From an uncultured Clostridia bacterium (GTDB lineage: Bacteria > Bacillota > Clostridia > TANB77 > CAG-508): a stretch of DNA of 64,000 bases. This document shows positions 37,372 to 46,078 of the stretch, piece by piece; position 1 is the stretch's first letter, and every line of letters begins with the position of its first letter. Both the position numbers and the translations under genes were made by a program. Location: the NCBI GenBank assembly GCA_904378095.1, contig CAJFHE010000001.1, forward strand, positions 12,018 to 76,017, given 5' to 3'. The notes under the pieces are model-generated. The model ran no database searches and had not been told where the DNA came from. It saw only the letters and a program-made list of their open reading frames with translations.

Positions 37372-38085
37372 ATGTTTACTGCATTATGTGGAAGTATAGG
37401 AGCTATCACTTTTTTTGAATTCTTAAAATCAGCAGTATTTTTGCTAGGATATATATCAAGTAACAATTTATTTCCAGAGCCATTATCACCAGAAGAAGAA
37501 AGAAAATATTTAGAGCAAATGAAAAATGGAGACGAAGACGCTAGAAACATCCTGATAGAGAGAAACCTAAGGCTTGTTGCACACATATGCAAAAAATATA
37601 GTACCGCAAAGGCAGAGCAAGAAGATTTAATTTCAATAGGGACCATAGGATTAATAAAAGGCATAAATAGCTTTGAAGCATCTAAAGGAGTAAGGCTTGC
37701 AACATATGCAGCAAGATGTATTGATAATGAAATTTTGATGTATTTGAGAAGTACAAAGAAATTAAATGCAGAGGTATATTTGGATGACCCAATAGGAAAA
37801 GATAAAGATGACAATACAGTTACATTGCAAGAAGTGTTAGAAAATGATGAGAAAAGTATTGAGGAAGAGGTGGATTTAAAGTTTAAAATAAAGAAAATGT
37901 ATCAAAAAATAAAAGAAGTACTAAAGGGAAGAGAAAAGTCAATAATAGAGCTTAGATTTGGATTGAATGGTGCAAAACCAAAAACTCAGCATGAAATAGC
38001 AGAGATGATGGGAATATCACGCAGCTATGTTTCTAGGATAGAGACAAAGGCAATAGGAAAGCTGGCTAAGGAATTTAAGGAGTAA
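37372..38085 (+). CDS. sigK: sporulation sigma factor, pro-sigma-K type
   Basis: Hydrophobic pro-sequence, then NNLFPEPLSPEEERKYL and ERNLRLVAHI..KY. Regions 2 and 4 are present, and no skin-like element interrupts the gene. Confidence 0.75.
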   Translation: MFTALCGSIGAITFFEFLKSAVFLLGYISSNNLFPEPLSPEEERKYLEQMKNGDEDARNILIERNLRLVAHICKKYSTAKAEQEDLISIGTIGLIKGINSFEASKGVRLATYAARCIDNEILMYLRSTKKLNAEVYLDDPIGKDKDDNTVTLQEVLENDEKSIEEEVDLKFKIKKMYQKIKEVLKGREKSIIELRFGLNGAKPKTQHEIAEMMGISRSYVSRIETKAIGKLAKEFKE

Positions 38086-38141
38086 AAAAAGTTGTCAAAA
38101 TACAACAAATGTGTTAAAATTATACTTATTCAAGAAAAGAA

Positions 38142-38690
38142 ATGGAGAAACAAATGTATAATAGAAGCAAAAATCTAATGAAATTTGTAGATGACTATGT
38201 TTTGGTAGATATAGAGACCACTGGCTTATCTCCAATAAATGACGAGATAATTGAAATTGGTGCAATTAAAGTGGAAAACAACTTAATAGTGGATTCGTTT
38301 AGCCAGCTTATCAAGATAAATAGAAGCTTATCACCATTTATTACAAATCTTACTGGAATTACAAACGAAATGCTAAGAACAGGCAAAATGCCAATTGAGG
38401 TATATCAAGAATTTGTGAAGTTTGTTGGAGAGAATGTTATAATTGGTCATAATGTAAATTTTGATTTAGGATTTTTAACAAATAAATGCAAAAAATACAT
38501 TGATTATAATTTGACAAATGATTATATAGACACTTTATACATGGCAAGAAGATTGGTGCCAAATAGTGTTAATTACAAATTAGGCACACTTGCTAAGTTG
38601 TTTGGCATTAGCTATGAAGGTGCACACAGAGGCTTGAAAGATGTGGAGATTACGTATGAGGTGTACAATAGACTAAGAAAATTATCGTAA
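38142..38690 (+). CDS. DEDDh 3'-5' exonuclease (DnaQ/PolC-exonuclease-like)
   Basis: Exo I VDIETTGL, Exo II GHNV.FD, Exo III H.GL.D. Confidence 0.8.
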   Translation: MEKQMYNRSKNLMKFVDDYVLVDIETTGLSPINDEIIEIGAIKVENNLIVDSFSQLIKINRSLSPFITNLTGITNEMLRTGKMPIEVYQEFVKFVGENVIIGHNVNFDLGFLTNKCKKYIDYNLTNDYIDTLYMARRLVPNSVNYKLGTLAKLFGISYEGAHRGLKDVEITYEVYNRLRKLS

Positions 38691-38704
38691 AAGACGATAG
38701 GCGT

Positions 38705-38762
38705 TTAGTGGAACTAAGATGACAGATTTAAAACAGTCACTTAGCTCCACTAATTTTTTTGT
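38705..38762 (+). terminator. long-stem intrinsic terminator
   Basis: TTAGTGGAACTAAG/CTTAGCTCCACTAA stem followed by T7. Confidence 0.7.
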
Positions 38763-38889
38763 CATAAAATTTTGTTCAAAAAAATGGCAAAATAAAAAAC
38801 AAAAAAAATCACATAATAATATTGAAAAAAATATAGGTTCCATTAAACCATTTTTTCAATTTAAAAATTAATGGAGAAAGGTGATTTTT

Positions 38890-39993
38890 ATGACAAAGAA
38901 GATATTAAGTGTTATAGCAATTGTTGCTTTAATATTTTGTACTTTACAATTTAATGTTTATGCAGCTTCAATTCCATTAAATTCTGTAACAGTTGATGTA
39001 AGCAAAGAAAAAATAGCGCCAGGTGAGGAAGTTACTGTAACAATAAATTTTGGTACAGAGCTTGGAGCATATACATTTGATGTTGCATATGACAACAACA
39101 TTTTTGATTACGTAAGCTCAGAAGGAGGAACGCCAAATGATGATGGTACACGTGTAAGAGTAACATTCTATGACAGTACAGGAGGAACTAACCCACGCTC
39201 TAATATGACAGTTACTTTTAAATCGAAAGACAGCATAGAAGCAACAAATCCAACAGATTTTTCTGTTACAGCAGAAGGTTTGGCAAATAACGATGCATCA
39301 CAGGAATATGATGACATTACTACGCCTATCAAAAAAGATGTAACAGTAGAGCCAAATTATGTGGACTATACAATTAGTTTGAATTATTCTGGAGATGTAA
39401 TTGTAGATGAAGAAAAAGCTATGGAGTTAATTACAGCATCTAGCATGGGAAGAAATTATGACCATGTTAAACTAACAGCAGAAGTTACTAAAAAGCCATC
39501 TGATGCAGCAACTGTTAAATTATTAGCTACAGAAAGAACAAGACAAGAAATTGATTTAATTCAAGATGGATGGGGCGAGCCAGATGGATATGCATTAGGT
39601 GGAAAAGACGTAGAGCAAGTACTAGACATTAGAGGTACATTTAGCGAAATTGGTGCATACACAATAAAAATAAGCTTACTTGATAAAGATAATTCTGATA
39701 GCGTAATTGCAACAAAAGACTTCAATATTAATGTAACAGAAGTTTCATCTGGAAATACTGGAGATGAAGGAAATAATGAAATTCCAGGAGGAGTTACAGA
39801 TAATGAAGAGAACAACAATGTACCTGGAGCATCAGACGAAAACAATCAAAATGGAAATGTAGAAAATGAGGAAGAATTACCAGAAAATCTACCCAAAACT
39901 GGTATGACCCAATATGTATATATAATTACAGCAATTGCTGTTTTGGGAGCAGTATATATATCTTTAAAAAGTGAAAAATCAAAACAAAAATAA
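38890..39993 (+). CDS. LPXTG-anchored surface protein with an N-terminal cohesin-like domain
   Basis: Signal peptide, cohesin-like VTVDVSKEKIAPGEEVTVTINFG...FDVAYD, and C-terminal LPKTG + TM + KSEKSKQK sorting signal. Confidence 0.7.
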   Translation: MTKKILSVIAIVALIFCTLQFNVYAASIPLNSVTVDVSKEKIAPGEEVTVTINFGTELGAYTFDVAYDNNIFDYVSSEGGTPNDDGTRVRVTFYDSTGGTNPRSNMTVTFKSKDSIEATNPTDFSVTAEGLANNDASQEYDDITTPIKKDVTVEPNYVDYTISLNYSGDVIVDEEKAMELITASSMGRNYDHVKLTAEVTKKPSDAATVKLLATERTRQEIDLIQDGWGEPDGYALGGKDVEQVLDIRGTFSEIGAYTIKISLLDKDNSDSVIATKDFNINVTEVSSGNTGDEGNNEIPGGVTDNEENNNVPGASDENNQNGNVENEEELPENLPKTGMTQYVYIITAIAVLGAVYISLKSEKSKQK

Positions 39994-40000
39994 TCTATAA

Positions 40001-40030
40001 AAAGGCGATGAAATAAAAAGCATCGCCTTT
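40001..40030 (+). terminator. intrinsic terminator
   Basis: AAAGGCGATG/CATCGCCTTT stem. Confidence 0.6.
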
Positions 40031-40085
40031 ATGACTATAATTATATGGATTACATATGAGTACACAGAAAGGAAAAAACTAAAAC

Positions 40086-40724
40086 ATGTTTAGAAAATTT
40101 TTAAAATTGCTAATTATTCTTGCAATATCTATTTTGATTGGAAACATGGTATATGGAATGTATCAAGAATTTGAATTAAGCAATGGACCAAGTGTAGTAG
40201 CAGAGCCAAATGACATTTACTTAAATTCAGAAATAGAATTAAATGAGTTGGCAGACAATTTAACTAATAAAACAGCAGAAAACGAAGGGGAGAAATTAAA
40301 TAGAGCATTTGAAAAAATAGATGAAGAGTATAAAGGGTATAAAGTTTCTGCCAAGCTTATAATACCTAAAATAGAGCTAAACACATATGTCCTAGAAAAA
40401 TATGGCACAGACACAATGGAATTATGTCCCACTAAATATTTTGGAGCAGAGCCAAACGAAGCAGGCAACTTTTGCATAGCAGCTCACAACTATAACAAAG
40501 AAAATATGTTTAATCATATTATAGAATTAGAAAAAGGGGACACAATAATACTAATAGATAATAAAAATGGCGAGGTAGAGTACGAGGTATATGATGTGTA
40601 CAAAGTAAAGCCAAATGAAACTGAGCCGCTGTCGCAAAAAACTGAAGGCAGAACAGAGCTTACACTAATTACGTGCAGCGATTATTCAAGTAAGCGAATT
40701 ATTGTGAAAGCTAGAAAAGTTTAG
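40086..40724 (+). CDS. sortase (class not assigned)
   Basis: N-terminal TM, catalytic His region (CIAAHNY), TLITC Cys motif, C-terminal Arg. Confidence 0.8.
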   Translation: MFRKFLKLLIILAISILIGNMVYGMYQEFELSNGPSVVAEPNDIYLNSEIELNELADNLTNKTAENEGEKLNRAFEKIDEEYKGYKVSAKLIIPKIELNTYVLEKYGTDTMELCPTKYFGAEPNEAGNFCIAAHNYNKENMFNHIIELEKGDTIILIDNKNGEVEYEVYDVYKVKPNETEPLSQKTEGRTELTLITCSDYSSKRIIVKARKV

Positions 40725-40739
40725 AAGGAGGTTAGTATT

Positions 40740-43031
40740 TTGAAGAAGAAGATAGTAGTAAGTTTGGGCATAATAGCAACATTTGCTATCATCTTTATAG
40801 TGATATTTACAATATTCAATTCCAATAAAACGGAAAATGCCATAGAGGGAACAAGATTGTCAAATGGCATGCTTCTTTCTAATGCATTTCCAGATATTTA
40901 TCAGCCATATATAGATGAGCTAAAAAAGAAGTATCCAAATTGGGACTTTAAGGCGCTATACACTAACTTAGACTGGAAATATGTAATAGATAATGAGAAC
41001 GTTTTTGGAAAGAATTTAGTACCAAAGTCATATAGTGACAGTTGGAAAAATACTAAACAAGGTGAATACAATGTGGAAGTAGATAGTGGCTGGGTAGATT
41101 CGTCAAGGGCAGCTGTTGAGTTTGCCATGGACCCACGAAATTTCCTAAACTATGTACGTGTGTTTCAATTTGAAGAATTGTCGTATAATTCCAAGACAAA
41201 TACTATTTCCAGTATAGAAAAGATTTTGTATGGTACAGAATTTTACAATAGAATTGTAGAATACAAGAATTCTAGTGGTACAAACATTGTAACAGACAAA
41301 AAATATTCAGATTTGATTCTTTCAGCAGCTAAAACCTCTGGTGTAAGTAGTTTCCATCTTGCTTCAAGAATAAAGCAAGAGGTGGGACCATTTTTGTCCC
41401 ATAGCTCAATTAGCGGAACAGTCTCAGGCTATGAAGGGTTGTACAATTTCTATAACATTGGTGCAACAAGCTCATCAGAGACAATGGGCGCTATAATAAA
41501 TGGGCTTAAATATGCTAAAGATGGAAAAGGTGCTTCTACTGCAATTAAAAATAAGTACCTGATTCCATGGAATACAAAGGAAAGAGCAATTACAGGTGGG
41601 GCAATTTTCATAGGCTCAAGCTATATTAACCAAGGACAAAATTCAATATATCTGCAAAAATTCCATGTTTATGATACTTCAAGTGATGAGTTATTTTGGC
41701 ATCAATATATGACAAATGTGCTTGCACCATATAGTGAGTCAAAATTAATATATAACGGATATTCAAATAGCGGATTGCTAGACTCTTCGATGTCCTTTGT
41801 AATTCCTGTTTATGAAAATATGCCAGATTTGCCTTGTACAAGTCCAGCAATTTCTGCAAGTGATTTTTTGGCAGACAATACCAAGGTATATGCAAATGTG
41901 GAAACAAGCCTAAATGTAAGAACAGGGCCAGGAACTTCTTACGAAACTCTTACAAGCGTGCCAGGAGGAACAACAATGACAAGAATTGCAAAAGGAAAGC
42001 AAAAGGGAGAGTTATGGGATAGAGTGAAATTACAAAACGGTTTAGTGGGATACGTTTTCCAGACATATGTGGAAGAGGTACCTGATGTAGAGGTAGAAAA
42101 AATAGAGCTATCTTTGGACAAAAGCACGATAAATAAAGGAGAAAGAATTAAAATAAAAGCTAAAGTTAGCCCTGATGATGCAGTGGAGAAAAGTTTGAAA
42201 TTCAGCTCAAACAATACAAGTGTTGCAACTGTGAGCTCAGATGGCTATATTTTAGGAGTGGGATCTGGAACAGCTAAAATAACGGCTACTGCTACCAATG
42301 GTGTAAAAAGTGAAATTAGTATAAAGGTATATAGCCCGGTTACAGATTTAGTGGTAAGTACTGAGCATGTTGTACTTCAAGTTGAAGAAAAATTTAAGCT
42401 AAATGTTAGCGTATTGCCAGATGATGCGGATAATAAAAAAGTCACTTTTAAATCGGAAAATGACGGGATAGTAAATGTAGATACAGATGGTGTTTTGACT
42501 GGTATTTCAGAAGGAGACACGAAAGTAAGCATCATGTCTGAGGATAGTGGCATTTCAAAGACAGTCGCAGTAACAGTAATTAGAAAATTAGCAGAGGGAG
42601 AGATAGTATTCGATGAGAGTTTAAATGTGGATGCAAACGAGATAACAGGTTTGGAAAATAAAAATAATACGGTAGACAGCATTTTGCAGAAAATAAAGAC
42701 AAATTATACTGTAGAAATATACAACTCAGCTGGCAAAAAAATAGAAGGTAGTGCTTTAGTTGGAACTGGAAGCACGATAAGAATATTGTACAGCAGCAAT
42801 AATACAATAGTTATGGAATATAATGTAATAATGTATGGAGATGTAAATGGAGATGGCAAAATAAACAGTATAGATTTGCTAGTATTACAAAGACATATCC
42901 TAGAAACGCAGAAGCTTGAAGGAGTATTTGTTAAAGCAGGAAATGTAAGAAAGAATGGCAAAAATCCAAGCTCTGTGGATTGTTTGTTAATACAAAGACA
43001 TATACTTGGATTGCAAAGTATAGAGCAATAA
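40740..43031 (+). CDS. multidomain peptidoglycan hydrolase: GH73 glucosaminidase, SH3b, 2x Big_2, dockerin
   Basis: TM/signal anchor, glucosaminidase region (HLASRIKQEVG...YNFYNIGA), SH3b (NVRTGPGTSY), two Big_2 repeats, and C-terminal DVNGDGKINSIDLLVLQRHIL plus a degenerate second dockerin segment. Confidence 0.75.
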   Translation: MKKKIVVSLGIIATFAIIFIVIFTIFNSNKTENAIEGTRLSNGMLLSNAFPDIYQPYIDELKKKYPNWDFKALYTNLDWKYVIDNENVFGKNLVPKSYSDSWKNTKQGEYNVEVDSGWVDSSRAAVEFAMDPRNFLNYVRVFQFEELSYNSKTNTISSIEKILYGTEFYNRIVEYKNSSGTNIVTDKKYSDLILSAAKTSGVSSFHLASRIKQEVGPFLSHSSISGTVSGYEGLYNFYNIGATSSSETMGAIINGLKYAKDGKGASTAIKNKYLIPWNTKERAITGGAIFIGSSYINQGQNSIYLQKFHVYDTSSDELFWHQYMTNVLAPYSESKLIYNGYSNSGLLDSSMSFVIPVYENMPDLPCTSPAISASDFLADNTKVYANVETSLNVRTGPGTSYETLTSVPGGTTMTRIAKGKQKGELWDRVKLQNGLVGYVFQTYVEEVPDVEVEKIELSLDKSTINKGERIKIKAKVSPDDAVEKSLKFSSNNTSVATVSSDGYILGVGSGTAKITATATNGVKSEISIKVYSPVTDLVVSTEHVVLQVEEKFKLNVSVLPDDADNKKVTFKSENDGIVNVDTDGVLTGISEGDTKVSIMSEDSGISKTVAVTVIRKLAEGEIVFDESLNVDANEITGLENKNNTVDSILQKIKTNYTVEIYNSAGKKIEGSALVGTGSTIRILYSSNNTIVMEYNVIMYGDVNGDGKINSIDLLVLQRHILETQKLEGVFVKAGNVRKNGKNPSSVDCLLIQRHILGLQSIEQ

Positions 43032-43055
43032 TCTAAAAAGATAAGGGAGAGTGCA

Positions 43056-44369
43056 ATGAAGAAAAAGTGTATAATTCTTGGTAAATTAATTGTATTTCAA
43101 ATAGTTGTAGTAGCACTTCTGTGCTTGCTAAGTGTGAAAGGTTTTGCAGTAACAGAAATTAATTTAACAGCAAATAAAGATAATGTTGATGTAGGTGAAG
43201 AATTTAGCATAACTGTGAATGAAACTAGTTCAAATATTGCAGCATATACTATATGGATATACTTTGATAGTCAAATGGTAGAATGTGTATCAGCTGCTGA
43301 TAATCTTAATGTGGTAGAAAATAAAGCTATTTACACATGGTTTTCTGAAAATGGCGTCAATGAAGATTTAGATGAATTAGTGCAAATAGAATTTAAAGCA
43401 AAACAAGATGGAGTGGCTTCATTTGCAGCAACTGGTGAATTCTATAACCAAAATGGGGAGCAAATAGATGTAAAATATAATCAGGTAGAAGTAGAAATAG
43501 GCAACTATGTTAATCAATATGCTACAACACAGAATGGTAAAAATGATAGCGAGCAGGCAGAAAAAACAGCAAACAGCAGTAGTGCTAAGTTGGAAATAAT
43601 GAGATTAAATCAGGAAGGAGTGAATCCAGACTTTAATCCTGATATACATGAATATTATTTGATAGTTAATGAAGATACAAAAAAGCTTGATATAACTGCA
43701 GTGCCTGAAAATAGAGAGGCAGAAGTAAAAATAACAGGAAATGATAATTTGAAAAACGGATTAAACAAAATAGAAATCTCGGTTACATCAAAAGATAAAA
43801 CCAGCACAGAAGAATATATTATAAACGTAACTAAAACAGACGATGCAGAAGCGGCAAATGCAGATTTGGAAAAATTAGCAGTAGAGAATTATACGCTTTC
43901 ACCTGATTTTCAGAGTACAGTAACAAATTATACGGTAGAAGTATCAAATGAAGACGAGAATTTGAATATATTAGCCATAGCACAAAAAGAAAATGCAAAA
44001 GTAAAAATAAGTGGAAATCAAAATCTAAAAATAGGACAAAATGAAATTGTAATTACTGTGACAGCACCAAATGGAGCCACAGAAAAAAATTACATTATCA
44101 ATGCATATAGAAGGGGCGAAGCGGAGGAGAACGCATTTAAGCAAGAGCAGCAAAATGCAATAGAGCAAGCAAATGAGATTATGGAGCAAATGGATGAAAA
44201 CGGAAATGGTAATACGCAAGAGACAGGTGAAAAAAGCGAAAACAATGGCATCCAAGATGAAGCAAGGAACGTAGAAGATATGATTTTTATGATTGCTGGC
44301 ATAGTACTGTCAATAATAGTGCTGGGAATTGTAGTTATTAGAATAAGGTCGGGCAAAATCAAAAACTAG
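43056..44369 (+). CDS. membrane-anchored surface protein: cohesin-like domain, 2x cadherin-like beta-sandwich, C-terminal TM
   Basis: Signal peptide, cohesin-like NLTANKDNVDVGEEFSITVN...IWIYFD, two L..L.V....L.P.F....Y.Y repeats and a C-terminal TM helix. Confidence 0.6.
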   Translation: MKKKCIILGKLIVFQIVVVALLCLLSVKGFAVTEINLTANKDNVDVGEEFSITVNETSSNIAAYTIWIYFDSQMVECVSAADNLNVVENKAIYTWFSENGVNEDLDELVQIEFKAKQDGVASFAATGEFYNQNGEQIDVKYNQVEVEIGNYVNQYATTQNGKNDSEQAEKTANSSSAKLEIMRLNQEGVNPDFNPDIHEYYLIVNEDTKKLDITAVPENREAEVKITGNDNLKNGLNKIEISVTSKDKTSTEEYIINVTKTDDAEAANADLEKLAVENYTLSPDFQSTVTNYTVEVSNEDENLNILAIAQKENAKVKISGNQNLKIGQNEIVITVTAPNGATEKNYIINAYRRGEAEENAFKQEQQNAIEQANEIMEQMDENGNGNTQETGEKSENNGIQDEARNVEDMIFMIAGIVLSIIVLGIVVIRIRSGKIKN

Positions 44370-44466
44370 TAAACATAACATTCTAAAAGTTGACTATTTT
44401 TCCAAAATGTGCTATAATTAATAAGTCAGTGACAGAAAAAATATAGTAAAAATACGGGGGTATAAT

Positions 44467-45408
44467 ATGGAAAAGGAAGTTTTAATTTTTGGACATAAGA
44501 ATCCAGATACAGATTCTATTACATCTTCAATGGTAATGGAGAACTTGGAGAGAGAATTAGGTAATAAAAATGCAAAAGCAGTTAGAACAGGTGATGTTAA
44601 TAAAGAAACACAGTTCGTTTTAAATTATCTTGATATGGAAGCTCCAGAGCTAATTGGAAATATTAATGATAATCAAGAGGTTATATTAGTAGACCATAAC
44701 GATGCTGCACAATCAGCAGATAATATAGAGCATGCAAAGGTTTTAAAAGTAATAGACCACCATGCTGTAAACTTTACAATTTCAAGCCCTTTATACTATA
44801 GAGCAGAGCCAGTTGGATGTACAGCAACTGTATTGTATGAATTATATAATGAAAAAAGAATAGAAATAACTAATAAAATTGCAACTCTAATGCTTAGCGC
44901 TATTGCTTCTGATACATTGGTATTAAAATCACCAACAACAACAGAAGTTGATAAAAATGCTGTTAGAATGTTAGAGAAAATAGCAGGATTAGACCTTACT
45001 AAATATGGTGTAGATATGTTAAAAGCAGGAACAGACATAAGCGATTTTACACCAGAGCAAGTAATAAATATAGATTCAAAATTATTTGAGCAATCAAATA
45101 AAAAATTCAGAATAGCACAAGTAAACACAGCTGACCTAGACTCTATATTTAAAAATCAATCATATTTCGAGCAAGCAATAAATAACGATATACAAAAAGA
45201 AAACTTAGACTTTTATGTATTTGCTGCAACAGATATAATCAATTCAAATTCAAAAATTATATCACTTGGAAATGATGCACCAGTTGTAGAAAAAGCATTT
45301 GGCGTATCTGTAGATAATCATACAGCAATGCTTGAAAATGTAGTGTCAAGAAAAAAACAAATGCTACCACCAATTTTGGATGCATTGAACAATAATATAA
45401 ATTTATAA
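44467..45408 (+). CDS. ppaC: manganese-dependent inorganic pyrophosphatase (family II, DHH)
   Basis: FGH.NPDTDSI, VDHH and DHHA2-type C-terminus. TTGACT ... TGcTATAAT promoter upstream. Confidence 0.9.
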   Translation: MEKEVLIFGHKNPDTDSITSSMVMENLERELGNKNAKAVRTGDVNKETQFVLNYLDMEAPELIGNINDNQEVILVDHNDAAQSADNIEHAKVLKVIDHHAVNFTISSPLYYRAEPVGCTATVLYELYNEKRIEITNKIATLMLSAIASDTLVLKSPTTTEVDKNAVRMLEKIAGLDLTKYGVDMLKAGTDISDFTPEQVINIDSKLFEQSNKKFRIAQVNTADLDSIFKNQSYFEQAINNDIQKENLDFYVFAATDIINSNSKIISLGNDAPVVEKAFGVSVDNHTAMLENVVSRKKQMLPPILDALNNNINL

Positions 45409-45409
45409 T

Positions 45410-45440
45410 CTTGTTTTTGGGGACGGAGGAAAAAAACAAG
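45410..45440 (+). repeat. 31-nt palindromic element R31, copy 4
   Basis: Exact copy starting 2 nt after the ppaC stop. Confidence 0.95.
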
Positions 45441-45492
45441 ATTCACAATAACGCAGAAAATATAAAACAAATTTAAATATTTTAATAATTTA

Positions 45493-45532
45493 AAAAAATG
45501 AACTAAAACACTTGAATTTTAGTTCATTTTTT
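45493..45532. terminator. bidirectional terminator
   Basis: AAAAAATGAACTAAAA/TTTTAGTTCATTTTTT 16-bp stem. Confidence 0.65.
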
Positions 45533-45563
45533 GATAATATAAATAAGTCAGTAGCAAATATGT

Positions 45564-45646
45564 GCCGATGTGGCGGAACTGGCAGACGCACCAGACTCAA
45601 AATCTGGCGGGAAACCATGTGGGTTCGAGTCCCACCATCGGTACCA
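45564..45646 (+). tRNA. tRNA-Leu (anticodon CAA)
   Basis: Cloverleaf folded by hand: acceptor GCCGATG/CATCGGT, anticodon stem CCAGA/TCTGG with loop CTCAAAA, long variable arm, T-arm GTGGG-TTCGAGT-CCCAC, encoded CCA. Confidence 0.85.
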
Positions 45647-45721
45647 ATGGAAAAACAACTATAAATAGCTTGTATCTGAGAATACAGGCTGTTTTTATGC
45701 TCATGTGAGTGACAAACGAAT

Positions 45722-45804
45722 ATTACAAAAATGTTACAGAAATATTAAAAGAATATTACAAATGAGCTAAAAGGATTGAAAATAATATACTAAAAGGATA
45801 TAAT
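45722..45804 (+). promoter_or_regulatory. promoter of locus B: three (A/G)TTACA boxes, then TTGAAA-17-TATAAT
   Basis: Boxes at 45722, 45733 and 45755 (0, +11, +33). -35 at 45776-45781 and -10 at 45799-45804. Same architecture as locus A. Confidence 0.6.
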
Positions 45805-45873
45805 TGATTTGTACTTATGGTTAAATAAAATGCAGAAGCAAATAAAGTAAAAAAAGGAAGAAAGTGGGAAAAC

Positions 45874-45954
45874 ATGAAAAAAACGAAAACCTTGGAAAGC
45901 ACTGATATACTAGAGAGAGAGAGAGAGAGAGAGAGCTACATCCTAGAAAAGTAG
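45874..45954 (+). other. 26-codon leader ORF containing (AG)12; encodes an ERERERE repeat
   Basis: ATG at 45874. The stop lies in AAGTAGGCTTT, homologous to the locus A leader stop. Confidence 0.25.
45912..45935. repeat. dinucleotide microsatellite (AG)12
   Basis: Uninterrupted agagag... run counted directly. Confidence 0.95.
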
Positions 45955-46078
45955 GCTTTATTTGTGATGCAAAAACTAACTGCAATGCAAGCATAAAAAA
46001 CAGTAAAAAATTAGCAAAAAAAGAATATATAATAAAAAAATGGGTAGACTATGGAAAGCAAGAAAAAGCGAGAAATAG

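Noticed and set aside
37372-38085. sigK interrupted by a skin-like element
   Set aside because: The ORF is continuous from the pro-sequence to region 4.2. No recombinase or insertion is present.
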